DNA of 64,000 nucleotides. It comes from Eledone cirrhosa. Taxonomy: Eukaryota. The stretch is from positions 377,828,001 through 377,892,000 of the forward strand of contig OZ024741.1 in the NCBI GenBank assembly GCA_964016885.1. The letters are read 5' to 3'. The notes below the pieces were generated by a model that saw only the letters and a program-made list of their open reading frames with translations, was not told the origin of the DNA and did no database searches. Made by a program: the position numbers and the translations under genes. The first letter of the stretch is position 1, and each line of letters begins with the position of its first letter. Shown one piece after another: positions 50,793-64,000 of this stretch.

Positions 50793-52675
50793 TTACTTAC
50801 CTTCCGGGGTCTTGTGAAGGTCGGGTGGTTCGACCTCCATGGTTTGTGGGGTTTCTTTTGGGAACCCCTTTAATAGTCTTGAAGTGGGTTTTACGTTCGG
50901 GGTTCCCACATCCCGAGGAAAGCTCTTTCGAATTTCTTTGTATGAAGCGAGCGACATTCGCATCAGAAGCAAATTATCTGGTACGCGAAATGTGCTCGCT
51001 TCAAATGTGCTTCGTGCTACATGGGCCATCAATTCCTTGTTGGCCCTTCTGGCAAGCACGAAGTTTTTAATGTTTTGTTGCTCGGGTTTTATTTGTTCGT
51101 GTGATTGTGGTGGTGATAGCTTTGTTAGTGTTGTTTCTATTGTGTCTGCGTTTGTTGTGGGTGGGGTGTCTGTAGTTTCTGATGTTTGTGTGTCTATTTG
51201 TTCTTGTGTCTGTTTAGCTTGTTTGCGTTCGGGGGATTTTGGTGGTTGTGTTGGTGATGCTGTGGGGAAAATGTTTGTGTGGGTGGTGTGTGTATTTTTT
51301 TTGTGGGGGTGTTTGTGCTTTGTGGATTTCTTTTTTTTTTGTGTTTTGTTTTTTGTATTTTGGGGGACTTTGGTTTTCCCTCATCTTCACTGCTGGAGGA
51401 TGAGGGGTCTGTGGCTGTGAGCGTGTTTGTGTCTGAGTGAGTGTTTATGTTCTTGTTCGTGTGTGTATTTTGGGGGGGGGGGGTGGGAGAGCTTTCCTCG
51501 TTTCCCCCCTGGGTGTGCAATTTTGGTGGTTCCATTGTTGACGGTGTTGCTGGTGGTCCTTGTCCCGGCGTCGCCAGCAGTGGAATCTTTCGACACCTTG
51601 CGCTTTTCGGCAGTTGAGGGCAGAAGGCTCGCAAGTGTGTCGTTTCCCCACAAAGGAAACGATGCGGCCTTTTGCCCTCAGTCATTATATGCAACACCCT
51701 CCCGTTTTGGAGGCGGATGTGGTCCGGGATTGCTTTTACGTTTTCGGGTCTAATTTGGAGCAGTATCTCCAGATCAACCCCGGACCAGTCGTTCCTGGCA
51801 GTTCTCGTTGCCTCTACCGGGACTGTATCCGTTCCTTCCACGATTACGCAACCCAGGAGCCACCACATATCAAGTCCTGGTGGAATCCTCTGAATGCGCA
51901 CACGTGCTATTCGTTTTCCCATGTGGGAGGGGTACATTATGACCTTGCTAGTTTTGCAAGGGGTCATTGAATGCTTCACAGCGAGGGCTACAGACTTGAA
52001 CAGCACCGAAACGGTGCCGTATTGCCTGCCCCTCTCTATGAAGTCTGTGTCCTCTCTGATATATTTCAGTGCGGCTTCTATATCAGCTTGAGCGATTATC
52101 GTTGCCCTCTTTGTCTCTACTGAGATGCATCTGAAATGCACCGTTCTTTTTTCCACTGCCTCAATGGCTTCTGCCGGGACAGTTAAGTTTGCCCAGGTCT
52201 GCTCTTGATTTATGATTTTCCAGGCCTGGGCCAACTTTTCCTCTCTGTTGGTTAAGTCGATGCTGTAGCATGGTCTCCTTTTAGCCGCTGCCACAGCAGC
52301 GAAGGTGTTCTTGTTGGTGTTGTCACTGTTGTTGTTCTTGTTGGTGTTGCTGCTGCTATTGCTGTTGTTGTTCTCCCCTGTGTCGTGGTTACCCTCTGTG
52401 CTGTTGGCCTTGTTGGTGCTGCTGTTGTCGCTACTATTACTCTCTGTGCTGTTCATTTTGTTGGTGCTCTCACTATTACCACCTTCTGCGCTGTTCGGCT
52501 TGTTGGTGTTGGTGTTGTCGCTGTTACCACCTTCCGCGCCGCTCGGCCCGTTGGTGCTGGCACTGTCGCTGCTCACACTCGTGCTGGTGGCGCTCCTCGC
52601 CCCACCTCTCCTCTCAACGCTCAAGTCGCCGTTGCACGACAGCAGACCCGCCTCTAGGGGGCGTGGCTCCGTCAT
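50793..52675 (-). pseudogene. Tx1 family B ORF1 (gag-like)
   Basis: RGRQYGTV and (R)FLCGETTHLRAFC homologous to family A ORF1; S/N-rich N-terminal repeats. Confidence 0.85.
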
Positions 52676-52989
52676 GTTTTTTTTGAGAAAAAAATTATTA
52701 TTTTTCCAAAATAAAGTTCAAATATTTGGGCCAAAAGGCCCAAATATTATGAGTTATTCCTTCACAGGATACAAATGAATGTCTTATAATGCTTCAGCGG
52801 TACAAAAAAAAATAAACAATTCTCCACAATTAATCCTCAAAAAATTGCTTGCTCACGGAGCTTCAAAAAACGTAAATCCACTTTCGTCAATAATAATAAT
52901 AATAATGATCATAATAATAGTAGGGATATCCAAAACTAAAACAATAGAGAAACACCAAACTCGCTAAATCTGATTGAACTGCAATAATA

Positions 52990-53150
52990 ATAAGATGAAC
53001 TGCAACTGCAGAAGGTTGGGTAAATGCTCTATGCAGAATACATGCCTAGATAGAAACCCTGTTTATGAATGTAGTAATAAAACATATAAATATATTGGTG
53101 TCACCTCAACCAAATTTAAAGAAAGATGATACAACCACCGCTAAACTTGT
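52990..53150 (+). mobile_element. Penelope-like GIY-YIG fragment
   Basis: CNCRRLGKCSMQNTCLDRNPVYEC..YIGVTSTKFKER*YNH. Confidence 0.8.
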
Positions 53151-54336
53151 AACTGAGTTGATATAAAATCTAATAGGGACGTTGAAAAGTAATCAAGTAC
53201 AATACTTTTTTTCTTGGTCTAAACTTACATATGCTTATTCTTTATTTAAACTTGTCTATATTTTCCGAGTGTGACCTCTGTATTAGAGAAACTTTACATT
53301 TTATTTATAGACGATACAAAGTCATTAATAAACGCTCCCACATATTTCACACCTGTATGCATAAGATATGAGGTACATCTTTCACTGTCAACATCTTTAA
53401 AAAATATTCAATATATTGTGTTTTACCGTTTGGATGGTGAGATCTGCTTCTCAGAGGCTCCTATTAATTATATTATATATTTTAATGCTGTGTTAGCAGC
53501 AGCGTTTATTGCGTTGTAATAGCTTTGTAATTATTCCTTAAATATTATGTTTGTGGCACTATATTATTAACTTCATGGTACAGCCAGTCATTACCGATTT
53601 GCATGCGAAGTAAAAGCTACATAGTTTGAGGTTTTCCTATTATATATCTTTAAAATGTTATTATTGATATGTTTTATGTGATTGGAATATGAATGTTTGG
53701 AGCATTGACCTAGTATGGTTTTACCTCTATCACCGAATTGATATCAAATTCTTGTGAACACCTACTCGTTTATCGCATCTGGCATCGCAGATTCTCATGG
53801 GTTGAATGTCCTATGCTTGAAAGCGTGATATCCATATTTTATTCAATCGTCATTTATGGGGAGGAGATTAGAATAAAGTTGTACATTCTAATTGTTGTCT
53901 CATTTCGTTTATAGATATACCACGAATGACAATATCTACAGTAATTGGCAAAGCAATACTTTTATACGCAATTCTTTAATATGTCGTTAAGGATTTCAAA
54001 GATTGAATTATGCATAGAGATGTCTCCAAGACGTTATTCCTTACTGCGCCGATAAACAGTACATATTCTCTTAATGTTTGCTTATATTACGATGAATGTG
54101 CTTTCATTTCCATACTCTTTTAAATCCCAAAGGAAAACAAATAAGTGTTTAAATAATGTGTCTGAGAATTATGCGTGCCTAAAGCAAGCACAACCAACGT
54201 TAGAGTAATTCATTAAAAATCTAAATACAACAATTTTGAAACAAACACATATTTTGTAACTTAAAGATTACGATACCATGATTCACAATATATTGCTCAC
54301 AAAATCGATATAACCACTGGCATTATTTTTATTAAA

Positions 54337-54530
54337 GGCGGTGGATTGACAATATCGGTAGAGGGTCGGAAACCATGCTTTCCAGCATAGTTATGTCCCT
54401 TTACGATCTGCGTCGTTCAAATCCCGCCGAGGTTGACTTTGCCTTTCATCCTTACGGGGTCGATAAAATAAAGTACCTGTAATGTACTGGGTAATTTTTG
54501 GCCTTGTGCCAAAAGTAGAAACAATTATTT
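54337..54530 (+). mobile_element. tRNA-derived SINE, full length
   Basis: Matches SINE consensus; ATTATTT on both sides. Confidence 0.9.
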
Positions 54531-55882
54531 CTTATTTTCCATCACCCTTTTTTTCTCTCCCTCTATCCTTTTATAATCTGCCCCTTTATGTGCGTATACT
54601 TCTGCAAAGGACTTCAAATATATCGTCAGCCCCTGTGAATATTTAGAGTAATATTTGCAAAATATATATTGTAAAGTTCTATTATTTCATTGGGAGAGAA
54701 CTCACGTTGGGATGTGTAACTGCCATCTTACGATAAGAAATAACTCACCCCACAGTGAGTCTTTGAGACTAACTTTCCATGTGCTCAAATGTGGTCATGT
54801 GTGACAAATGGATATCCATGATATTGTACCGTTTTTATTGTGATTTGTCCTATTGTGTATTGCTGAAAACAAATCAAATCATTGAGTGAACCATCCAATA
54901 GGTGTTCTTATAAGCGACCTTTACATATAGAAGTAGAATATCATGGTATGACCTCCCTGCTCAAATGTAAATATATAGGCAAACTTAATATATAAAACAA
55001 TCATTTCAACAGAACATCAAAGAGAACAGCTACAATAATCGTGGGTACTGTTACGCTCATTGACATGTAATAAACTCCAATTTTGGCAAATATTAATAGA
55101 ATTTACTACATAAACATCATAATTCTCTTTTAAAATGTGATCGAATAAACATTCAAGTCAGACCAGACAAGCAGAGCTTCGCAATGATTTACTATGCTCA
55201 TCTTGCTTTAAGATGACGGATGTGATTTTAACCTTGTATTTTCCAACTCCAAGTTACTTTTGTAAAGAGTTCAAGCCTATTGTTTACTTGATTCATGAGC
55301 TTTACACACCATGTAATGTGTGCTGTCATTACATAATTACAGAATCGTTTTGAATGTATCTCTGTCAAACAAACGATGTGGTACAATATATGAAGTAATA
55401 ACCAGATGAAGTATCATATAACGGAAGCTCTGAATGTAGATGTTGCGGTAGTAAAGGAGTTCGAAAAAAAAAAAAAAATTAGAAACATATACAAAATATT
55501 GTTGTAAGCCGGTGGATGAATACACAATAGACACATTTACAATATGCAATCGTGGATTGACATGTGCGTGCATATGTCGGTGATTTATGTATGAATATGG
55601 AATAGCAGCAAATGTATTTTTTTTATTAAATTAAACTTCAAATGACTTTATAAGCATTAGCACATACTAAGCTTAATGAAATCTATAGTGAAAAAGCAAT
55701 ATATAGTTCCATATTAAATTCTAGTTGATGACATAACAAACGTAACTTTAAATAAATTAAAGGACATAGATAATTCAGCACTCATACGCTTATACATATA
55801 TTTGTATATAAAATACAGGCACACACATACGTACACACACACATACACACACATACACACACACACAAACACGCACACACAC

Positions 55883-55943
<61 letters not shown>

Positions 55944-56584
55944 CGTAAACTTTTTCGTGTGTGTATGGTTTTGTAATCGTGTATCTATGTAAACAAATGC
56001 AATACCTACATAAAAGTAGGTTAGGAGATGCTTTATTTACATAGAAGGCAACATTGAAAATCCAAACACAGACACTTTGATGTGTTTCTTATCTCTGTCT
56101 TTTATATTGTGAGTGGCATTCACTACCACTTTATAACTTGTTACTGAGATGTACAATGTTATACAAACACTTAGTTAAACTTTCAAAGTTATACAAACAC
56201 ATGCAGTTGGACGTGCATGCCATATATAAAATGTTTATGGTGACGCACATACATAAGACGCATTCTAGGGAAAATATATTTCGTCTGAAAATCTTTCTGT
56301 AACATATTAATAACCTTAGCACTGTGCAAGTAACCATCTGAAACTTTCGGTTTATTTAAATTTAGCTTTTCTTTTAAAGGGATGTCACTATTAGATTTTA
56401 ACGTACATTCTTATTAATATTTTACTGAATTATTATTATTATTATAAAACAATTATTATTATTATAATGGTTGTCCTTCTTCGGAATTGATATCCATTCC
56501 TGGTTTAGTCAAGTTAGCAGACCGCATCCAGTGGCATGATTATCAATACGTTTCTTATTATCCTAGCCGATCCATGCATACAAG

Positions 56585-56912
56585 GTTTCTGCGTCGGACA
56601 GTATGCTTTGCAACATAGAGTTATGTCCCTTTACGGTCAAAGTTCAAATTGCGTCGAGGTTACATAAGCCTTTCATTCTTATGAGGTCGATAAAATAAAG
56701 TACCAGTCACCCACTGGGTCAATTTAATCAACTTCCCCATCCTCCCAAATTGCTGGCCTTGTGCCTATATAAGAAACCATTATTAAGGTGGAGGATTAGC
56801 AGTATTGGTAGAACGTCGTACAACCTGCCTCACGACATACATTTACGACCAATCCCCTTTTGAGTTCAAATCCCGCCGAGGTTAGCATACGGGGTCGATA
56901 AAATAAAGTACT
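56585..56912 (+). mobile_element. Two tandem diverged SINE copies (56585-56785; 56787-56912)
   Basis: B boxes AGTTCAAAT, core GGTCGATAAAATAAAGTAC, tail GGCCTTGTGCC in the first copy. Confidence 0.8.
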
Positions 56913-56954
56913 ACTCATGAACCGTGGTGGATATAATTGACATTCTCCCTTGTA

Positions 56955-56990
<36 letters not shown>

Positions 56991-56992
<2 letters not shown>

Positions 56993-59900
56993 AGTTGCAT
57001 TTATCTTGCTTTATGTTCATACGAGTTATCACCAAGTCACAACCAGTGACCTCAAGAGACAACAAGGTCCGCCATGTTCAAGGAAGAACATACATACTCA
57101 CACATGCATCTTTAGTGTTTAGACTTGTGATGTACTTATATTGACAGAATCTTCCTTAGTATATGGGCAGTTCCCATTAGTACTATCTTTTGTATTTCTC
57201 CTATACGCGGGTTTCCTGGGATTTGCGATAAGTAATCATTAGACCCCTTAGGTATCATTCCCAGAGCGCCTACAACCACTGGTATTGTTTTAGTTCTCAA
57301 TTTCCACATTTTTCCAATTTCTATCTCCAGGTCCTTATACTTGCTCAATTTTTCAAATGTTTTTATAGATACATTCTTGTCTATTGGAACAGACATATCA
57401 ATTAGCAGGCATACCCTCTTTTGAAAGTCCTTCAATATTATATCAGGTCTATTTGCATCTATTTTTCGGTCTGTTTGGATGCTAAAGTTCCACAAGATTG
57501 AGATGTGATCTTTTTCAAGTATGGGAGGTGGTTGATGCTCCCACCAATTCTTTTGATGGGACAGGTCAAAATGCTTACACATTATCCAATGTATGTATTG
57601 TGCAGCTCTGTCATGCCTGTTTAGGTATTCGGTTGGAGCTATAGGACAGCACATTGAAATTATATGGTCAATAGTCTCTGGTTGTTTTTTGCATACACGG
57701 CATAATGGGCTGCATCCATTTTTTATTATGTTGGCATGGTAATTTGTTGTTGGCAGGCACTGATCTTGTGCTGATATAATCAGTCCTTCAGTCTCCGATT
57801 TCAGTCCAGACGATGCCAACCACTGATGGGTTAAAGTTTTATCAACATCAGGATTGTTAGCTCGCTCGGGGTATTTTCCATATAGAGGCTTTTCTTGCCA
57901 TTCCTTAGCCAGTTTCTGTAGCAGTTCTTTCTTTGCAGTTACTTTTACCTGCTTTGCTTTTTCTGTGTTTTCCATTTCAGCAGTAAATGGGACTTCTAAA
58001 ATTTGTAGTCCATTACTGTATCTTTGTGCATCTTTTGTAATAGAATATGATCTTTTGATGCTTTCGTGTTTCAAAACGAGTTTGATCATCCAATCATGTG
58101 ATTCCCTTAGATATGTGGATAATCCAATTGTTGCAGTTTTCAACGCAATGTCTAACTGGATTAACCCACGTCCTCCTTCTTTCCTAGGGAGATATATTCT
58201 ATCAATATCTGCCTTAGGGTGATGCATTCTGTGCATGGTTAAGAATTTTTAAATGTTTGTATCGAGCCTACGGATCTCTGTGCTTGACCAGTTGATGACA
58301 TTGTAACTGTAGGTTACTACTGGTATGGCAAGCGTGTTTATGGCATCGATCCTATTCCTTGCATTCAATTCCGTTCTTAAGATTGCTTTTACTCTGCGGT
58401 AACATTCCTTCCTTATCCTTTCCCTCATTGCCGAGTGCTTGATTCCGTATCCTTCACAAACACCTAGATATTTGTAAGTTTTTTCTTGATCAAGTTCTCT
58501 TATCACGTTCCCCCGATCAAGATTAATGTCTGAACTCTTCAGCAGCTTTCCTCTGGTGAACGTTGCTTTGGCGCATTTATCTAGCCCAAACTCAGTTTAA
58601 TGTCATCACTGAACTGCTCCACAGTGGATAATAGCCCTTGCAACTGCATCATTTTTTGCAAATAATTTCAGGTGATACATGTAGAACAAGTGATTAATGG
58701 TTTTTGTCATAGACTTTATATCCATGTTTTGTTTCATTGAGCATTCTACTTAATGGTATAAGTGCGATGCGGAATAAAAGCGGTGATAAAGAGTCACCCT
58801 GAAAAATTCCACAATTAATATTAACTTCTCCAGCTTCCAGTGATTTTGTTTCACTATTCAAAAGGAGTGTCGTTCTCCATGTCTTCATACTGAATGACAA
58901 AATCCTCCTGACAACGGGGGATACTTTGAAAATCTCTAAACATTTTTCAATCCATCTGTGTGGCAAACTATCGAATGCTTTTTTTTATAATCTATCCAAG
59001 CAATCGATAGATTTTTGTGTCTATTATGATAATCTTCCAGTGTCATTTTGTTAACCAGAAGCTGATCCTTACAGCCATATGAGCCTAGTTTACACCCTTT
59101 CTGCTCAATGGGAAATAGGTCATTTGTTATCAGGTTGTCATATGTGTATTCAGTTATGACTGATGTTAAAATTTTATACATTGTGGTCAAGCAAGTTATC
59201 GGTCTGTAATTTTGGGGATTGTTTGTCTCATCATTCTTCGGAAGCAGGAATGTAATGCCGTTAACTAGCCATAATGGTATCTTTTCTGGCTCCTTAACTA
59301 TTTAATTGTAAAGTTGGGCTAACAGCTCATCAGACTCTGTGAAGGCATTTATCCAAAAGTTTGTATTTTGTCTTTTCCTGGGGATTTCCATTTGTTGGTT
59401 TTTCTTAGAGCCAAGCGCAACTGTTCAACTGTTATATTTTCCCATATTTGTTCCTCAAGGTGAGATGTATCTTTCATTTGTCTGTCTATCCATGGGGCAG
59501 GTATGTTATGAACTTTTTCTTCGGCCCACAACTTTTCCCAGAATTCTTGCACTTCCTCCTTGGGTGGTATTGATTTAGCAGTTATTGTTGACTTACCAAT
59601 TTTTCTGTAGAAGTTTTTATGGTTGTTCTTGAACATATTATTGTCCTTATAGAATCTAGATCGTTTTTCAAAGCGCCTTATACGAGCAGCTTTGGCTGAC
59701 ACTTTTTGCTTAATTATTTTTATCAGCATGTCTATGTCACTTGTTGATTTTATACTGTACTTTTTTTTCAATTTTCTAAGTTTAGTTTGTTTAACATGTT
59801 CACCTACTTTATAGTTTGTTAAAATTTCTATGTCAGATCGGAGAAGGTTTATTTGGCGATTGATGTTCTCTTGCCAAGTAGATTTCTTGTGGGAATTCCT

Positions 59901-60279
59901 TTGTTTTTTCATCTTCACTCCACATAAGTGAGTGGTGACTTTAGCCGATGCATAATAGAGATGATTTAAATCAGTAATGTTTAGTTTGTTTGTGATGATA
60001 ATGTTTTTGAGAATTATGTTAGTCTTGTGTATTATCTTTTAGTCCTGTTTGGAGTTCTGGACCTTAGGGAGGGTGTCTCGTTGCCCCATGTCAGATTCTT
60101 TCATTTTCATCCATTCGATCATAATTTCATCCTTCAAGTTGGCAAGTTCATTCTCATTCATTTCTTTATCATTTACGATCTCATTATTTTCATTTGGAGT
60201 TTCATCTTGAGCATGCACTCCCTCCACTTTTTCGATCCTTTCTTTAATTTGTTCTGTTGCCAGTGATTCCGCCCCAACC
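56991..60279 (-). mobile_element. R4/Dong family 1, 5'-truncated 3.3-kb copy between (ATT)n tracts
   Basis: ORF fragments nearly identical to 37180-40288; intact CCHC (CRVC..HIISMC) and RLE in 57136-58236. Confidence 0.94.
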
Positions 60280-60296
60280 TTATTATTATTATTATT

Positions 60297-60672
60297 ACAG
60301 TTGCATTTGTCTTGCTTTATGTTCATACGAGTTATCACCAAGTCACAACCAGTGCCCTCAAGAGACAACAATGTCCGCCATGTTCAAGGAAGAACATACA
60401 TACTCACACATGCATATTTAGTGTTTAGACTTGTGATGTACTTATATTGACAGAATCTTCCTTAGTATATGGGCAGTTCCCATTAGTACTATCTTTTGTA
60501 TTTCTCCTATACGCGGGTTTCCTGGGATCTGCGATAAGTAATCATTAGACCCCTTAGGTATCATTCCCAGAGCGCCTACAACCACTGGTATTGTTTTAGT
60601 TCTCAATTTCCACATTTTTCCAATTTCTATCTCCTGGTCCTTATACTTGCTCAATTTTTGAAATGTTTTTAA
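60297..60672 (-). mobile_element. R4/Dong family 1 short 3' copy
   Basis: Duplicate of 56991-57365. Confidence 0.92.
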
Positions 60673-60696
60673 AAATGACAACAAATGCAACAACAA

Positions 60697-60728
<32 letters not shown>

Positions 60729-60730
<2 letters not shown>

Positions 60731-61724
60731 GTTGCACTTATCTTGCTTTATGTTGATACGAGTTATCACCAAGTCACAGCCAGTGACCTCAAGGGACAAC
60801 AAGGTCCGCCATGTTCAAGAAAGAACATACATATTCACACATGCATCTTTAGTGTTTAGACTTGTGATGTACTTATATTGACAGAATCTTCCTTAGTATA
60901 TGGGCAGTTCCCATTAGTACTATCTTTTGTATTTCTCCTATACGCGGGTTTCCTGGGATCTGCGATAAGTAATTATTAGACCCCTTAGGTATCATTCCCA
61001 GAGAGCCTACAACCACTGGTATTGTTTTAGTTCTCAATTTCCACATTTTTCCAATTTCTATCTCCAGGTCCTTATACTTGCTCAATTTTTCAAATGTTTT
61101 TATAGATACATTCATGTCTATTGGAACAGACATATCAATTAGCAGGCATACCCTCTTTTGAAAGTCCTTCAATATTATAGCAGGTCTATTTGCATCTATT
61201 TTTCGGTCTGTTTGGATGCTAAAGTTCCACAAGATTGAGATGTGATCTTATTCAATTATGGGAGGTGGTTGATGCTCCCACCAATTCTTTTGATGGGACA
61301 GGTCAAAATGCTTACCCATTATCCAATGTATGTATTGTGCAGCTCTGTCATGCGTGTTTAGGTATTCGGTTGGAGCTATAGGACTGCACATTGAAATTAT
61401 ATGGCCAATGGTCTCTGGTTGCATACACGGCATAATGGGCTGCACCTATTTTTCATTATGTTGGCTTGGTAATTTTTTGTTGGCAGACACTGATCTTGTG
61501 CTGATATAATCAGTCATTCAGTATCCGATTTCAGTCCAGAGGATGCCAACCACTGATGGGTTAAAGTGTTGTCAACGTCAGGATTGTTTGCTCGCTCTGG
61601 GTATTTTCCATACAGAGGCTTTTGTTGCCATTTCTTAGCCAGTTTCTGTAGCAGTTATTTCTTTGCAGTTACTTTTACCTGCTTTGCTTTTTCTGTGTTT
61701 TCCATTGCAGCAGTAAATGGGACA

Positions 61725-61725
<1 letters not shown>
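60729..61725 (-). mobile_element. R4/Dong family 1 1-kb 3' copy
   Basis: Duplicate of 56991-57992. Confidence 0.92.
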
Positions 61726-61782
<57 letters not shown>

Positions 61783-64000
61783 GGCGACCTACTTAGTAAA
61801 TCGTATCATCGTGAGCTCGGCAAAGGTTTGTTATTTCCGTTTGTTAAACATTGTCATTTATGGAAACTTTTATTGTTAACTGTTTATAAGCGCACATACA
61901 TTGTTTTCCGAAAAGGACACCCAAAAAGATTGGGGCCTTGTGACCAAAATTTAAACTTTTATTATTATCAAAAAAATTTCTTTGAAAAAAATGGCTAATT
62001 CACTTCTGCACCAAACAGCTGAAAGCCTTCCTCACAAATTAACACCTCACACCGACACCACCATTGTAAATGTTACTACGTTTGCCAACACAAAAAAAAT
62101 ATAAGCAGTAGCAATATTTTAACTTGTCTCAGGCAGACATTCATTTCCCGCCATTACCAATGACTGCAGGTGTTAAAGCCTCCACCACCACCACCACCGC
62201 GATAACCACCACCCCCACCACCACCGCGACAACAGAAACAAAAGAAGAAAAAAATAAATTAACTCGTGATGTCGAAATGAAATCAAGCAGAATGGACTCT
62301 TCCGCACCAAAGACGACTGACGTCACCACCACCACCACAACTGAAACTAACATTAATATTAACACAAATAACGATAGCAACAACAACAACAATGACATTA
62401 TAAAACCGACCCTCAGTTTCGCCATAGTAGCAAAACAGTTCGAATCATTCACGGTAACTCAGGAGGATTTAGAAAATGCCAAACAAATGGTAAAGAAAGA
62501 TGGGTACAGGGTCAGCCTCAGCGCCCCCCCCCCACCTAATAAAATGGAGCATCGGCGCCTATACACCGTGTCGTATAGAAAAATAAATGTAAAATCGCGC
62601 ATAGTGGAACGGGAATCCGAGTCCCAAATCCAAAAAGCTTTGGGACATGTGTGGGCAAGAAAAACCCACATCAGACGTGGGCAAAAGTATGGAACCGTGG
62701 ATGTGTTCTTTGAAACACCAGAGGAGGCTAGAGAACACTCCATGGCCCCATTAAAAAGTGACGACTTCACACTCGTCCCAAGCTATTGTGGCCAGAGACT
62801 CGTAAAGATCAGGGTGACCCACGTTCCACCGGCCATCGAAATTCCCTGGCTAATAGCGGTTGTCCTCGCCGGCATCGGAGCCAACACGAAAATAATAGAA
62901 ATAGCAAAAGAAAAGCAGGAAAACTGGTCCGGATCTGGGATGGAGCTCCTGATCCAAGCGGACCAAAAAAGCATTGAGGAGATCCCAGAGGTAATAGACC
63001 TCACTGACGGCATCCACCTTACGGTAATTGTCGAGAGCAGAAGACCTAGGTGTGTCGTTTGTGGTGAAGGAACCCACCTAAGGGCTTTCTGCCCTCAGGC
63101 TAAAAGGTTGAGGCCACCTCTCCTACCCACCCCAGTGACACAACCATCAACACCACCAGTAGCAGAGATGGCAGCAACAAATGTAGCCACAACAACAGAA
63201 GCAACTATAACAGCAACAACCCCAGCAACAGTAGAAAAACCAACACCACCACCACCACCAGCAAAACCAACACCACCACCACCCAACGCTTCAGAACTAG
63301 CACCAGCGCCTACACCATCCACCACGCCACAACCAAAACTAACGCCTGTGGAGGATTTTCCACTCCCCGGCCTATCACAACTGGAGACATATTGTGACGA
63401 CGAGGAGTGGGAAACGATATCCGGAAAGAAAAAAAAGAAACCAAAAAAGAAAAAATTCTCTTCCTTCCCCCTTCAAAAACAAAATACAGAGGGAAACAAA
63501 TAAACTAAGAAACAAAAAAGTTAGGACAGATATGCCACCATCCACACTAGCATCACCAACCCCATCAACCCAAACACCAACACCATCACCTACACCACAA
63601 AAGTCACCAAAATGCGAAACAGAAACAAAACCACAACAAACGCAAACAAAACAAAACAACCAAAACGATACACACTACACAGCATCAAATTTGAACAACA
63701 AGCAATTATTTCACTACATCCAACACAACACCAGCATCACAGAAAAAGACTACACAACAACCCCCAAATTCACAACACCTCCACACATACAAATCACTCG
63801 CATCACACAGAAAACGTACATGACACTAAAAAAACAATTCCCCAAAGACATCGGAGACTTCCGACAAGCACTCTGCAGGAGGATTTTTAAGGACATCCTT
63901 CCTGAGGAGGCCACAAGCAGTGAAAAGGAAGAAAAAACCGTCCTTCCCCTACGAGAAGTAAGGTAAGTGGTCTTTCCCATCTTTTCCACTCCTTTTCAAC
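61783..64000 (+). mobile_element. Tx1 family A second copy: 5' UTR and ORF1; ORF2 would begin just beyond the window
   Basis: Reverse-complement match to 31274-33501; preceded by (ATT)n. Confidence 0.94.
62124..63503 (+). CDS. Tx1 family A ORF1 gag-like protein (true start uncertain; overlapping frame 63394-63966 continues)
   Basis: 459-aa open frame with CX2CX4HX4C knuckle CVVCGEGTHLRAFC. Confidence 0.7.
   Translation: MSQADIHFPPLPMTAGVKASTTTTTAITTTPTTTATTETKEEKNKLTRDVEMKSSRMDSSAPKTTDVTTTTTTETNININTNNDSNNNNNDIIKPTLSFAIVAKQFESFTVTQEDLENAKQMVKKDGYRVSLSAPPPPNKMEHRRLYTVSYRKINVKSRIVERESESQIQKALGHVWARKTHIRRGQKYGTVDVFFETPEEAREHSMAPLKSDDFTLVPSYCGQRLVKIRVTHVPPAIEIPWLIAVVLAGIGANTKIIEIAKEKQENWSGSGMELLIQADQKSIEEIPEVIDLTDGIHLTVIVESRRPRCVVCGEGTHLRAFCPQAKRLRPPLLPTPVTQPSTPPVAEMAATNVATTTEATITATTPATVEKPTPPPPPAKPTPPPPNASELAPAPTPSTTPQPKLTPVEDFPLPGLSQLETYCDDEEWETISGKKKKKPKKKKFSSFPLQKQNTEGNK

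Larger units (their letters stand above)
47089..52888 (-). mobile_element. Tx1 family B, full length (~5.8 kb), few lesions, flanked by (AAT)n
   Basis: ORF1 52675-50793; ORF2 50763-47341 with one stop (49870) and one frameshift (~47790). Confidence 0.95.

Overview
Repeat-saturated eukaryotic (animal) DNA with no host protein-coding exon that I can support, and a 200-nt N gap at 19231-19430. The tRNA-derived SINE family, the (TA)n/(CA)n/(AAT)n load and the LINE mix suggest an octopod cephalopod (inference). Contents: a decayed RTE-BovB LINE with three C-terminal C2H2 fingers; bipartite non-autonomous RTE derivatives; Penelope-like GIY-YIG fragments and pLTR-like repeats carrying type I hammerhead ribozyme (HHR) motifs in tandem and inverted arrays; CRE-clade remnants; about 8 SINE copies; a probable non-autonomous Helitron; and, from 27.6 kb to the end, a cluster of five Tx1/L1-type (APE) and six R4/Dong-type (RLE) LINEs at (AAT)n tracts. 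Main observations: (1) the SINE tail and three Tx1 families share a 3' stem-loop with an invariant CUUGU loop and a covarying stem, and both land at ATT sites, suggesting a Tx1-SINE partnership; (2) Tx1 and Dong elements use the same microsatellite in strictly opposite polarity; (3) HHR-bearing ~440-bp and ~590-bp repeat arrays; (4) a perfect AG|GTAAGT donor fixed about 31-32 nt before ORF2 in two unrelated Tx1 families; (5) recurrent fold-back palindromes. All structures were read by eye, not computed.
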